Origin: Eledone cirrhosa
Lineage: Eukaryota
DNA length: 64,000 nucleotides
Assembly: GCA_964016885.1 (NCBI GenBank)
Contig: OZ024745.1
Location: 44,702,001 to 44,766,000 of the forward strand
Reading direction: 5' to 3'
Under the pieces are notes generated by a model. The model was given only the letters and a program-made list of their open reading frames with translations. It was not told the DNA's origin and searched no databases. Both the position numbers and the translations under genes were made by a program. Shown here piece after piece: positions 1 through 10,587 of this stretch (positions are counted from its first letter, which is position 1; the number at the start of each line of letters is the position of its first letter).

Positions 1-2330
1 TAGGCTCTGTGATGGCAGTGAGGTCTGTGGAGAGTTAGTTGTCTTTGTAGGCTCTGTGATGGCAGTGAGGTCTGTGGAGAGCTAGTTGCCTTTATAGGCT
101 CTGTGATGGCAGTGAGGTCTGTGGAGAGCTAATTGTCTTTATAGGTTCTGTGATGGCAGTGAGATTTGTGGAGAGCTAGTTGTCTTTGTAGGCTCTGTGA
201 TGGCAGTGAGGTCTGTGGAGAGCTAGTTGTCTTTATAGGCTCTGTGATGGCAGTGAGGTCTGTGGAGAGCTAGTTGTCTTTGTAGGCTCTGTGATAACAG
301 TGGGATCTGTGGAGAGCTAGTTGTCTTTATAGGCTCTGTGATGGCAGTGAGGTCTGTGGAGAGCTAGTTGTCTTTATAGGCTCTGTGATGGCAGTGAGGT
401 CTGTGGAGAGCTAGTTGTCTTTATAGGCTCTGTGATGGCAGTGAGGTCTGTGGAGAGCTAGTTGTCTTTATAGGCTCTGTGATGGCAGTGAGGTCTGTGG
501 AGAGCTAATTGTCTTTATAGGCTCTGTGATGGCAGTGAGGTCTGTGGAGAGCTAGTTGTCTTTGTAGGCTCTGTGATGGCAGTGAGGTCTGTGGAGAGCT
601 AGTTGTCTTTATAGGCTCTGTGATGGCAGTGAGGTCTGTGGAGAGCTAGTTGTCTTTATAGGCTCTGTGATGGCAGTGAGGTCTGTGGAGAGCTAGTTGT
701 CTTTATAGGCTCTGTGATGGCAGTGAGGTCTGTGGAGAGCTAGTTGTCTTTGTAGGCTCTGTGATGGCAGTGAGGTCTGTGGAGAGTTAGTTGTCTTTGT
801 AGGCTATGTGATGGCAGTGAGGTCTGTGGAGAGCTAGTTGTCTTTATAGGCTCTGTGATGGCAGTGAGGTCTGTGGAGAGCTAGTTGTCTTTATAGGCTC
901 TGTGATGGCAGTGAGGTCTGTGGAGAGCTAGTTGTCTTTATAGGCTCTGTGATGGCAGTGAGGTCTGTGGAGAGCTAGTTGTCTTTGTAGGCTCTGTGAT
1001 GGCAGTGAGGTCTGTGGAGAGCTAGTTGTCTTTGTAGGCTCTGTGATAACAGTGGGATCTGTGGAGAGCTAGTTGTCTTTATAGGCTCTGTGATGGCAGT
1101 GAGGTCTGTGGAGAGCTAGTTGTCTTTATAGGCTCTGTGATGGCAGTGAGGTCTGTGGAGAGCTAGTTGTCTTTATAGGCTCTGTGATGGCAGTGAGGTC
1201 TGTGGAGAGCTAATTGTCTTTATAGGCTCTGTGATGGCAGTGAGATTTGTGGAGAGCTAGTTGTCTTTGTAGGCTCTGTGATGGCAGTGAGGTCTGTGGA
1301 GAGCTAGTTGTCTTTGTAGGCTCTGTGATAACAGTGGGATCTGTGGAGAGCTAGTTGTCTTTATAGGCTCTGTGATGGCAGTGAGATCTGTGGAGAGCTA
1401 GTTGTCTTTATAGGCTCTGTGATGGCAGTGAGGTCTGTGGAGAGCTAGTTGTCTTTATAGGCTCTGTGATGGCAGTGAGGTCTGTGGAGAGCTAATTGTC
1501 TTTATAGGCTCTGTGATAACACTGAGATCTGTGGAGAGTTAGTTGTCTTTATAGGCTCTGTGATGGCAGTGAGATCTGTGGAGAGCTAGATGTCTTTATA
1601 GGCTCTGTGATGGCAGTGAGATCTGTGGAGAGCTAATTGTCTTTATAGGCTCTGTGATGGCAGTGAGATCTGTGGAGAGCTAGTTGTCTTTGTAGGCTCT
1701 GTGATAACACTGAGATCTGTGGAGAGTTAGTTGTCTTTATAGGCTCTGTGATGGCAGTGAGATCTATGGAGAGCTAGTTGTCTTTATAGGCTCTGTGATG
1801 GCAGTGAGATCTGTGGAGAGCTAGATGTCTTTGTAGGCTCTGTGATAGCAGTGAGATCTGTGGAGAGCTAGTTGTCTTTGTAGGCTCTGTGATAACACTG
1901 AGATCTGTGGAGAGTTAGTTGTCTTTATAGGCTCTGTGATGGCAGTGAGATCTGTGGAGAGCTAATTGTCTTTATAGGCTCTGTGATGGCAGTGAGATCT
2001 GTGGAGAGCTAGTTGTCTTTGTAGGCTCTGTGATAACAGTGAGATCTGTGGAGAGCTAGTTGTCTTTATAGGCTCTGTGATGGCAGTGAGATCTGTGGAG
2101 AGCTAGATGTCTTTATAGGCTCTGTGATGGCAGTGAGATCTGTGGAGAGCTAATTGTCTTTGTAGGCTCTGTGATGACAGTGAGATCTGTGGAGAGCTAG
2201 TTGTCTTTGTAGGCTCTGTGATGACAGTGAGATCTGTGGAGAGCTAGTTGTCTTTATAGGCTCTGTGATAACACTGAGATCTGTGGAGAGTTAGTTGTCT
2301 TTATAGGCTCTGTGATGGCAGTGAGATCTG
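1..2330. repeat. Intronic 47-bp minisatellite, about 49.5 copies, runs off the left edge of the window
   Basis: Unit TAGGCTCTGTGATGGCAGTGAG(G/A)TCTGTGGAGAGCTAGTTGTCTTT(A/G); second copy starts at 48; array stops abruptly at ...GTGAGATCTG (2330). Confidence 0.97.
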
Positions 2331-2513
2331 AAAGAATATACAATAATGGTTTGTTACATAATGAAAAAAACTGAATTTGTTTATTTCTTCATGCATTCAA
2401 TAATCTGTCTCGGTAACCATATTTTAATTCATCAACAATTATGATAGGAATGGGGTTCCTATCATGAAAAAAGCCCAAGACACCTCCTTTAAGATACTTT
2501 GTAGGAGGCCAGC

Positions 2514-2670
2514 TAAATCTACATAGATGTGAGCTGTAAAAACAACAATATACATACCTATGTGTATCATAGGGCTCTTATTAACACTCTCAAGATACAT
2601 GAAATGTAACTTCATTCGAGACCAGATAAATCTACACAGGTGTGAGCTATAACAACAACAATATATATTA
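2514..2670. repeat. Short degenerate direct duplication (about 45 bp, two copies)
   Basis: TAAATCTACATAGATGTGAGCTGTAAAAACAACAATATA (about 2514) versus TAAATCTACACAGGTGTGAGCTATAACAACAACAATATA (about 2627). Confidence 0.7.
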
Positions 2671-2800
2671 ATTATTCAAATTATGGATAATTAGTTTTTA
2701 AATTATTGGAAATAGCTTCATAATTCAACCAATGTTTACATAATATTGTTCAATTATGTATATATAGTTTACAATGATTTTTTATATCAATATTGATAAT

Positions 2801-2969
2801 TTAACCTTTTTGTAAACCATATTTCTAATGAATATCACTGCCGATAATTTTCAATACATTTGAAAAATTATCAAGAACTTTATTAGATAAATATAAACTC
2901 TTTAAAACAAACAGTTTTGTATTATAGAACTAGGGGCAGGTTTAGGCAGTTTGGTATCAAAGAGATTAA
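2801..2969 (+). mobile_element. TTAA-bounded MITE (piggyBac-like non-autonomous), internally deleted copy
   Basis: Starts TTAACCTTTT, ends AAAGAGATTAA; internal TTAGATAAATATAAAC..AAAACAAACAGTTTTGTA..GGCAGTTTGGTATCAAA is shared with the copies at 6096-6869 (+) and 8208-8440 (-). Confidence 0.65.
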
Positions 2970-3230
2970 GACTTCTATTGATCAATAGCTGTGGATATCT
3001 CTGTAATTAGGTAGTAGAACCATTTCATACATAGGCTGACATTTGAGAAAGACAATTAGCTATTACTTTTAATCTACCAAAATTACATGCACTCATAGTT
3101 TGAAGATCTTGCACAGGGGGAAGTCTAGCATACAGTGTTCTGGGTGTGTTTTATCATGGCACCAACATTAAAGAGGATATTGCACCCTTGACACAAATGG
3201 TGAGTCCTCTCAACCCTTGTAGGGAACAGC

Positions 3231-4002
3231 AGTAGATCTACATAGATAGTTATGTATAGTGGTGATGGTGGTGGAGGAGGAGAGAGGTAGATCTACATAG
3301 ATAGATGGGCAGTAGTGGTGGAGGAGGATAGGTAGATCTACTTAAGTAGTTATATATGGTGGTGGTGGTGGAGGACTGAGGTCTTTCTTTTCAATAGTGC
3401 CCTCTATCCTCCTCGGTGACTGAGGTAGATCTACATAGTTATATATGGTAGTGGTGAAGGGGGAGGACAGGTAGATCTACATAGATATATATATGGTGGC
3501 AGTGGTGGTGGAGGAGTACAGGGTTAAATCTACTTTGGTAGTTATATGTGGTGATGGTGGTGGTAGAGGAGTGTAGAGTTAAATCTACTTTGGTGGTGGT
3601 GGTGGAGGAGTATAGAGTTAAATCTACTTTGGTAGTTATATGTGGTGGTGGTGGTGGTGGAGGAGTACAGGGTTAAATCTACTTTGGTAGTGGTGGTGGA
3701 GGAGTATAGAGTTAAATCTACTTTGGTAGTGGTGGTGGAGGAGTATAGAGTTAAATCTACTTAGGTAGTTATATGTGGTGGTGGTGGTGGTGGTGGAGGA
3801 GTATAGCGTTAAATCTACTTAGGTAGTTATATGTGGTGGTGGTGGTGGTGGTGGTGGAGGAGTATAGCGTTAAATCTACTTAGGTAGTTATATGTGGTGG
3901 TGGTGGTGGGGGAGTACAGGGTTAAATCTACTTTGGTAGTTATATGTGGTGGTGGTGGAGTATAGAGTTAAATCTACTTAGGTAGTTATATGTGGTGGTG
4001 GC
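3231..4002. repeat. Degenerate G-rich minisatellite with variable (GGT)n blocks
   Basis: Units like AGTTAAATCTACTT(T/A)GGTAGTTATATGT(GGT)nGGAGGAGTATAG; older GTAGATCTACATAG variants at the 5' end. Confidence 0.85.
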
Positions 4003-4357
4003 CATTGTCAGAAGTAGATCTGCATCCAATGGCATGTTTTCTCTAGAACACCTAAAGATCACTTTTGCAACTTTTTATTTTTTAACAAGTAGATTTTAAA
4101 ATGGTTAAGTTAGCTTATACATATTTTTGTGCAAGTGTATTGACAAACCAATACTTGGAAGTACAGTTCCAAAAACTATTGACATTTCACTGTAGCAGTT
4201 CACTTAAAGCAGTAATTAAGTTCCGCTAGTTAGATAACTTAATTATCGTTAAGACTTGTGGTCCAAGAAGTAATGTGGCTAGCAGTCTTCCATCCATGCT
4301 ACAACAAAGGAATTAGGTATCTGCAAAAAAGTGTATAAGTAATTATCATCATTATCA

Positions 4358-4600
4358 AGGGCAGTGGATTAACAGTATTGGTAGAGTGTAGGACAACATG
4401 CTTTGTGCTATATAGTTACAGCCCTTTACGTTTTGAGTTCAAATCCTGTCATGGTTAGCTTTACCTTTCGAACTTCTTACAGAGTTGATAAAATAAAGTA
4501 CCAGTAGTGTGCTGTGGTTGTTTTAATTGACTTACCCCTTTCCTTTAAATTGCTAACCTTGTGTGAAAAGTAGAAACAGTAATCATCATCATCATCATCA
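4358..4600 (+). mobile_element. tRNA-derived SINE (octopus-type), decayed
   Basis: B-box-like GAGTTCAAATCC, central GATAAAATAAAGTACCAGT block, (ATC)n tail; reverse-oriented relatives at about 7836, 9216 and 17590. Confidence 0.7.
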
Positions 4601-4738
4601 AGTAAAGGCATGTAAAATTGTATGAGATGAAATACAAAAACTTCAATTACAAAATTATTTTTAGGTACAAAATGATCTCATTAGAATTCAACAACATTTT
4701 TTCATGGACTAATTTTATTATATTTTCTTTCTCTATAG

Positions 4739-4853
4739 GTTTTCAGTTGTGGCAATGGGTGTTCTACGCTGGGTTGATTACACAGTCTCAGATAAAAGTT
4801 ATTTTAAACTCAACACTGACCACACTCCTCTACATTTGGTTCTTGTTGATGAG
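4739..4853 (+). CDS. NELFCD: NELF-C/D (TH1-like) internal coding exon: (R)FSVVAMGVLRWVDYTVSDKSYFKLNTDHTPLHLVLVDE
   Basis: Acceptor ttttctttctctatAG (AG ends 4738), donor GAG|GTAATT. Translation resembles the vertebrate NELF-C/D segment RFPVVAMGVLKWVDWTVSEPRYFQLQTDHTPVHLALLDE as I recall it; joins the next exon in frame. Not shown in this frame in the ORF track. Confidence 0.93.
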
Positions 4854-5044
4854 GTAATTAATCATATGTTTTGGATAACTCCTTCTGAATTTTGATGATG
4901 TAAACTAGATTCATTTGTCATAGCTATGATAGTATATTAGATTTACTAATATTGGTAAATTGTTGGTAACACAAGAGCAGTGAACTATTATGTAAGGTGT
5001 CTAAAAATAGTCTAAAGTCTGTCTGAAGACCAGGGGCTCATTAG

Positions 5045-5287
5045 GCCAGTACTTATCCTGGTTTCCTTGTCTTTAAGCAACTAAAAGTACAAGACTCTTC
5101 CTGGACATAATTCCAGTCTGTTGCAGGCTTAAAACCCTAGCTACTACTGGTACTCATTTTCAGCTCAGTACACTGGAGCAACCTGGAACAAAGTGTTTTC
5201 CCTCAAGAACACAATGGTCCAAAAAACAAACCCCTGACATTATGATCGTAAATTCAATACCCTAACTACTAGACTACACACCTTCAT
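5045..5287 (-). mobile_element. Decayed tRNA-derived SINE, second family, reverse orientation
   Basis: GGTACTCATTTTCAGCT..GGAGCAAC..AAAGTGTTTTCCCTCAAGAACACAA..CCCTAACTACTAGACTAC; a related fragment lies at about 8842-8927 (GCAATGTGAAATAAAGCATCTTGTTCAAGAACAC..GGAATTGAACCC). Confidence 0.55.
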
Positions 5288-5297
5288 GTCAGGTGTA

Positions 5298-5298
5298 G

Positions 5299-5332
<34 letters not shown>

Positions 5333-5340
5333 TATATATA
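5298..5340. repeat. (CA)n(TA)n compound microsatellite
   Basis: Read directly; similar tracts at about 5592-5620, 16795-16826 and 17348-17374. Confidence 0.9.
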
Positions 5341-6095
5341 TTTAATTCAGGTGAAAAACCCAAAATAACACTTTAAATCATTTTATTAATTTCTACGTTC
5401 GTTTCAATTTTAACGAAGTACAATTGTAAAAATATATAAATAATGATTTGCAGATTAATTAATTAATCTATCAAATCAATAACACAGTTGCAATCACATA
5501 TAAAATTTCAGATTAGATATGGGGAATGTATATCTCAGAAGATACTAAATCATGATAAAAAAAAGTTATACAGATATGAAAAAAAACTTACATACACACA
5601 CACACACACATATATATATATGGCTTGACATACATCAAACGATCAGTTGGAACCAGAATTGTTTTTTACTACCATCTAGATTTATCTGTGTTTCAGATAC
5701 ACACAAGAGTTTTATTGTTAAGATTGTGCAAATTATCAAAATAGTTAAGTCCTAATTAACTATTCAAGGTCTATACAATTAACATAAACATTAGTGAAAT
5801 TATCACAACACTAAAGTAGTAATCTAATAAATTGATTTAATCAGTGTAGAAAATGTCTTCTAGGGTCTCTCCTCTAATACTGGCTCATGTCCCAAGGTCA
5901 AATTAACTATTTAGATTATATTCCGTTTATGTATCTTTATTGTATCTTTGCACTTGTGTCTTTTTCTCTCAGATCATTTCTCTTTCTCTCTTACACATAC
6001 ACACTCTTGATAAAGGTTTTTAAATAATTCTGTTGACATATTGAACCTTCTCTTCTGATTATATTCAATATCGATGATGAGGATGAATGTATCCT

Positions 6096-6869
6096 TTAAC
6101 CATTTCGTTGCTATATTTCCAATGAATTCCACTGCCCATGCATTCCAATTATTTTAAAAAATAATTATTTAAAATAACTCCATATGCTGGACGCTCACCT
6201 GGAAAAATTCAAGGACAATATGGGCACCTACTCAGAAGAACAAGGCGAACGATTCCACCAAGATGTGAAAGAGATAGAGCGGAGGTACCAGGGCCACTAC
6301 AATGAAAAAATGATGGGGGACTATATCTGGGGGCTAGTGCGGGAATGCGACCTGGACTACAACCGCAAATCCAGGAAATCCAGTCATTTCTGACGTGTAT
6401 AAGTTGCTTTATAAGTGTTATTTGTTTTTACTTGTTTGCTTTTGATAAGCTTGTGTAATAAAATAAATATATACTCTGTTGATTTAATTATATGAACTGA
6501 TAAATAAAAAATGAAAAAAAAAAAAAAAAAAAAATGAAAATTTCGAAATATCAAACTCCTGACCACAAACCCAAACTTCTGATTAATTAATAGTGTTTTT
6601 TTTATAATAATGGGATATAACAAACCAGGAAATGACACTTAGAACCGGGGAATAATATATATGTTACACAGTGTAATCAAGAATTTAGAATTCAGTAATA
6701 TAACTAACTTTCTCATTATTTATCTGGTGTTATGAGTACAACTTTACAAATGTACTTATGCAAGAATTACAACGGAAGGTGTTTAGATAAATATAAACAC
6801 TTCAAAACAAACAGTTTTGTATCGTAACACCAACAGTGGTAGCAGGCGGTTTGTTATCAAAAGGATTAC
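6096..6869 (+). mobile_element. TTAA-type MITE interrupted by a transposase-bearing fragment
   Basis: Left end TTAACCATTTCGTTGCTATATTTCCAATGAA resembles the 2801 copy; right end TTAGATAAATATAAACAC..AACAAACAGTTTTGTATC..TTTGTTATCAAAAGGATTAC resembles 2884-2969. Confidence 0.6.
6176..6673 (+). mobile_element. 5'-truncated DNA transposon remnant, probably CMC/Chapaev3-like: transposase C-terminus (ORF 6184-6393), 3' UTR and right terminus
   Basis: Peptide (L)HMLDAHLEKFKDNMGTYSEEQGERFHQDVKEIERRYQGHYNEKMMGDYIWGLVRE fits the H..H / SxExGERFHQD / RYQG / DYxW motif I associate with Chapaev3-type transposases. AATAAA near 6457; terminus TGTTACACAGTG (reverse complement CACTGTGTAACA) followed by TAA. 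Confidence 0.7.
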
Positions 6870-6991
6870 CCTGTAGATTACTCCTGACATGGGGATGAAT
6901 TTACCTCTAATTTAATAGTTATATTATGTAGAACTTCTTCATTACTAAATTTGCACTAACTACTTATATATCTTTATTGTCTTTTCTACAG

Positions 6992-7087
6992 ATTGTAACT
7001 AGTCATATGTTACTACATCAAAAAGCTCTCGACCTTCTAATTCGGTTATTTGAAGCCTCTTATGAAGAACTTGATGTTTTAGTTAGA
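6992..7087 (+). CDS. NELFCD: NELF-C/D internal coding exon: IVTSHMLLHQKALDLLIRLFEASYEELDVLVR
   Basis: Acceptor cttttctacAG (AG ends 6991), donor AGA|GTAAGT, 96 nt, phase 0/0; resembles vertebrate ISTCHQLLHPQVLQLLVKLFETEHSQLDVMEQ. Confidence 0.92.
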
Positions 7088-7186
7088 GTAAGTAATTTCT
7101 GTAATCCACAGTTTATTTCAGTTTTCCTTTCCTTATACTGATAAGATTATCAACAGTTCAGTTCTTATTTGTAAAATTTTCAGTAT

Positions 7187-7418
7187 GAGTCATATTTTTA
7201 CCAGAAGATTATCTTTCTGGGTATTGATAAGATTTGAACCATAATTTAACCAGAAAATTATCTTTCTGGGTATTGATGAGATTTGAACAGAAGATTATGT
7301 TTAGGTATTGATGAAATTTGGGCCATATTTTGACCAGAAGCTTTATATTTCTGGGTATTGATGAGATTTGAGCCATATTTTGACCATACGATTATATTTC
7401 TGAGTATTGGTGAGATTA
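7187..7418. repeat. Degenerate ~49-50-bp tandem repeat, about 5 copies
   Basis: Unit approximately CCATATTTTGACCAGAAGATTATATTTCTGGGTATTGATGAGATTTGAG. Confidence 0.85.
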
Positions 7419-7651
7419 AACTTGAAAATTAGGTTCTCTTTGGCTTACAAGTTTCTCTGTTGTCATCTTAAAGTGCTTTTTAAAAAACTATTTAGTCAGG
7501 GAGAAAAGGGCAGTGCCCATGATCCTTTTCAAGGCCATCTGAGTCTGATGGGAGAGAGGGAGGCAGTTCTCCCTAAACTGAAGACCTGGTCTGAAAGTTT
7601 ACAACAGAGGGGATACTGTTAAAGACATCCAAAGATGAGACATGATAGAGA

Positions 7652-7798
7652 AAACTAGACATAATAGAGAAAAATTCATGATATATCTTTTGGTATTAAC
7701 ATCCCAAATATACTAAAAAATAGGCCTAACTTTCAAATCAACAGCATTTCTTTTTGTGTGCCAATGTAATTGATTGAATCAGCCCATGTCTGTCATTG
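7652..7798 (+). repeat. ~147-bp dispersed direct repeat, copy 1 (copy 2 at 10444-10587)
   Basis: AAACTAGACATAATAGAGAAAAATTCATGATATAT..TAGGCCTAACTTTCAAATCAACAGCATT..GATTGAATCA.CCCATGTCT.TCATTG is present at both sites with few differences. Confidence 0.9.
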
Positions 7799-7835
7799 TG
7801 TTGAACTGGGGAATTAATTAAGTTTATCACTGAAT

Positions 7836-7965
7836 TAGGATTTGAACTCAATACAAAGAGCTGGAACTAATACAAGGCATTTCGGCTGATGCTTTAACAA
7901 TACTGCAAAATCACCAGCCTGGACTGCTACTTTATTTTTATTGACCCCCGTTGAAAGGATGAAAT
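7836..7965 (-). mobile_element. Fragments of the tRNA-derived SINE, reverse orientation
   Basis: GGATTTGAACTC (reverse-complement B-box) and TACTTTATTTTTATTGACCCCCG..AAGGATGAAA match the 17590 copy. Confidence 0.5.
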
Positions 7966-8062
7966 AAATTAATAGATGCATGAATTTATTTTTTAAATTC
8001 TTCCTTTTTCATATTAACAAGATGATGACTTTGTATTTCATTTGTAATTCTTTCTTCTTCAG

Positions 8063-8203
8063 TTGGAACTAAAGAAAACTGTCCTTGATCGAATGGTGCA
8101 TGTCTTCAGCCGTGGCTGTGTCATTCCTGTTGTGAGTTACATTAGAAAATGTCTGGAGAAGCAAGATACTGACATTTCTTTGATTCGTCATTTTGTTACA
8201 GAG
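8063..8203 (+). CDS. NELFCD: NELF-C/D internal coding exon: [47 protein letters not shown]
   Basis: Acceptor tttcttcttcAG (AG ends 8062), donor GAG|GTATGT, 141 nt; very close to NELF-C/[48 protein letters not shown]. Confidence 0.96.
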
Positions 8204-8207
8204 GTAT

Positions 8208-8440
8208 GTAACCCTTTTCATACCAAGCTGCCTGAAATCACCCCATGTTCTACGATGCAAAACTGTTTGTTTCAAAGTGATTTTGTACATATCTAAAAAT
8301 CCTTCTTAATAATTTTATGTAAGAACATTTAAGTTACACTCCAAACCCCAGCTTAATAATGAGTAAGTTAGTTATATTGCTAAATCCCTCCAAATTGTTG
8401 ATTATTTTCAAAATTAGAATTATGATAACGAAAGAGTTAA
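8208..8440 (-). mobile_element. TTAA-type MITE, inverted relative to the 2801 and 6096 copies
   Basis: Starts GTAACCCTTTTCATACCAAGCTGCC..AAAACTGTTTGTTT (reverse complement of the right arm of the other copies); ends AAAGAGTTAA. Confidence 0.65.
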
Positions 8441-8479
8441 TTTCATACATAAAGTGTTGACTTTGTTTATTGCCAGATC

Positions 8480-8670
8480 AACCCTTTTTGAACAGATCTA
8501 TAATCAAAACTGTTCTAATCATGACCATCCCACCCCGTTTTTTAAGGCACAATCTATTAGAACCATTATCCAATGTGCAGTGTGTCTTTTTTAATAATAT
8601 AGTAGGATATGGTATGATGGGGATTTGGCTGCTATTTCTAGCAGGTCAAATGACTGTGTAGAAGTGCCTT
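8480..8670 (+). mobile_element. Unclassified interspersed repeat (second copy at about 11560-11727)
   Basis: Shared blocks TGAACA.A.CTAT..TCAAAA and GAT.TG.CTGCTATTTCT.GCAGGTCAA. Confidence 0.5.
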
Positions 8671-9215
8671 TGTTGTTTTGTATATATATAAAGATATATA
8701 TATATCAGCATATTTTATGAAATACACTGCTTTAGCTATGCTCACACTTATATGCATGTTTAGCTGGACTTCTATGAGGTTGCATCTCATGGGAGGTTTC
8801 TTGGGTGTTTTAATGATAGGAGCCCCAGTCCTAACACGAAAAGCAATGTGAAATAAAGCATCTTGTTCAAGAACACAGTGCCACCTGGTCCAGGAATTGA
8901 ACCCAGTCCACTAAGCCACATATCTTCATTTATGTGTTTTAATGAGGTATTTAGTTAAATAACTAACTTTGTCATTATTAAGTTGGTGTTTGGAACATAA
9001 CTTAAGGCAAAAGGTTTTATATAACATCATGATGGGAGGTCGTAATAACTGGTGCAGGCAGGCATTGGGGTGCCACTCTAGACATTTTAATGTGTGTCAA
9101 TCTCCTGAGGGAGTCAGGGACACAATATTAATATTAATATGGTCTGAATACAGCAGATTTCTTCCAGAGAAGGATAGAAAGTGTGTGAATGGAAGTGAGG
9201 AAGAGATATGGAGGA

Positions 9216-9372
9216 AGAATCGACCCCAGTACTAGACTGGTACATTTTCGAATGGATAAAAGGCAAAATTGACCTCAGTGGAATTTGAACTGAGAGAGCA
9301 GAGAGCCAAATCGAATACTGCAAAGCATTCCATTCTATCCGATGTTCTAACGACTTTGCTAATTCGTCACCT
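9216..9372 (-). mobile_element. tRNA-derived SINE, reverse orientation
   Basis: AATCGACCCCAGT..CTGGTAC..AAAGGCAAA.TTGACCTC..GGAATTTGAACT, same family as 4358 and 17590. Confidence 0.65.
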
Positions 9373-10014
9373 TTTAAAAATATATAAATAGGAAATTATA
9401 TAAGTAACAAGCAACAATATATAATGCAATGTCCTGTATTGAAATTGTGTATATATATAACGTGACAAGTGGAGAGATGCTGTGCTGAGAAGGACCCGTC
9501 CAACACATGCAAGCGTGGAAAAATGGATGTAAAAACGATGATGATGATGATATATACATAAACATTTTAAAATGAAAGGTTTTGTTTCAGCAGCGCATGT
9601 GGTCTCGGATGGTTTGATATCAAAATAATATTTTCAATTGCTGACTATTACAAACCACTCCTTGTTTACTTTAAAATAAGATTCTAGTATATTAGCTCTC
9701 TGTTGCAATAATTATTTAATTGAGAGTAATTGCTTGAATGATATAAACCTAAGACTACTGGTAGAATGTTGTGCGCTATTTCCATAAACTAAGTATATAA
9801 GTAATTTTTATAGGCATTTTCTTTGTGTGTATTCAGCTTAGACTGTGCACCATGTCCTTGCATGTCATGAGAGGCAACTAAAATGATTGGTGCCAGGAAG
9901 CGTATCATCTGTAAAACATTGCCTCAAAAAGAACTCTATAAGTATGAAACATGGAGCCAGCTAAGCTAACACCTGCTTTAGAAGGAAAAATGACTTTAAA
10001 ATACTTGTGTTAGT

Positions 10015-10285
10015 GTCACCCAGTACACCTTGTAAGGTGGTTGGTTATGTATGAAGGATATCCTGCTGTAGAAACTATGCCAAACAAAAGGTTGAGAGGA
10101 CTCTTCAGTTGTGTCAAGGATATGATAATTTCTCTAGTGTTGGTGACATGATAAAACACACCCAGTACATTCTGTAAAGGGGCTGGTGATAAGGAGAGCA
10201 TCCAGCCATAGAAAACTCTGAAGCTGTGTCAAAGACATGACAATTTCCTCGGTGCTGGTGCCACGAAAATGCACCTGGAACACTA
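10015..10285 (+). mobile_element. SINE-like repeat with tandem internal modules (GAAGGGCATCCAGCC family)
   Basis: CACCCAGTACA..TGTAA.G.GG.TGG..A(A)GGA...ATCC.GC..TAGAAA module occurs twice in succession; reverse copies at about 3130-3216 and 16254-16465. Confidence 0.6.
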
Positions 10286-10443
10286 GAGTGTGGAAACGTG
10301 TAAGAAAGATTATTTGAAATCAGCAGTTTAAATATAGCCCAACATAGGTTAATTGTAAGGCTCTAAAATGTAAGGTGTTACTGAGATCTCTACTTACAAC
10401 TAGGTAGATACATCAGTATTTAATGGCTTATTCTGTTTCTCTC

Positions 10444-10587
10444 AAACTAGACATAATAGAGAAAAATTCATGATATATTTTTGGTATTAGTACTCCAAAT
10501 ATACTCAAGAATAGGCCTAACTTTCAAATCAACAGCATTTTTTTGTGAGCCAATGCAATTGATTGAATCAACCCATGTCTATCATTG
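10444..10587 (+). repeat. ~145-bp dispersed direct repeat, copy 2 of 7652-7798
   Basis: Aligned by eye with 7652-7798. Confidence 0.9.

Noticed and set aside
3048-3061. AAAGACAATTAGCT matching the reverse complement of a 47-bp minisatellite variant
   Set aside because: Only 14 bp in AT-rich DNA and the similarity does not extend; probably chance.
4358-4460. tRNA gene
   Set aside because: Only a decayed B-box-like motif within a SINE head; no cloverleaf can be drawn.
4618-4857. 79-aa ORF from the track
   Set aside because: It overlaps the real exon in a different frame; the NELF-C/D reading frame uses codons starting at 4740.
8204-8296. C-terminal extension of ORF 8063-8296
   Set aside because: NELF-C/D similarity ends at the GT donor at 8204; the remainder is intronic MITE sequence.
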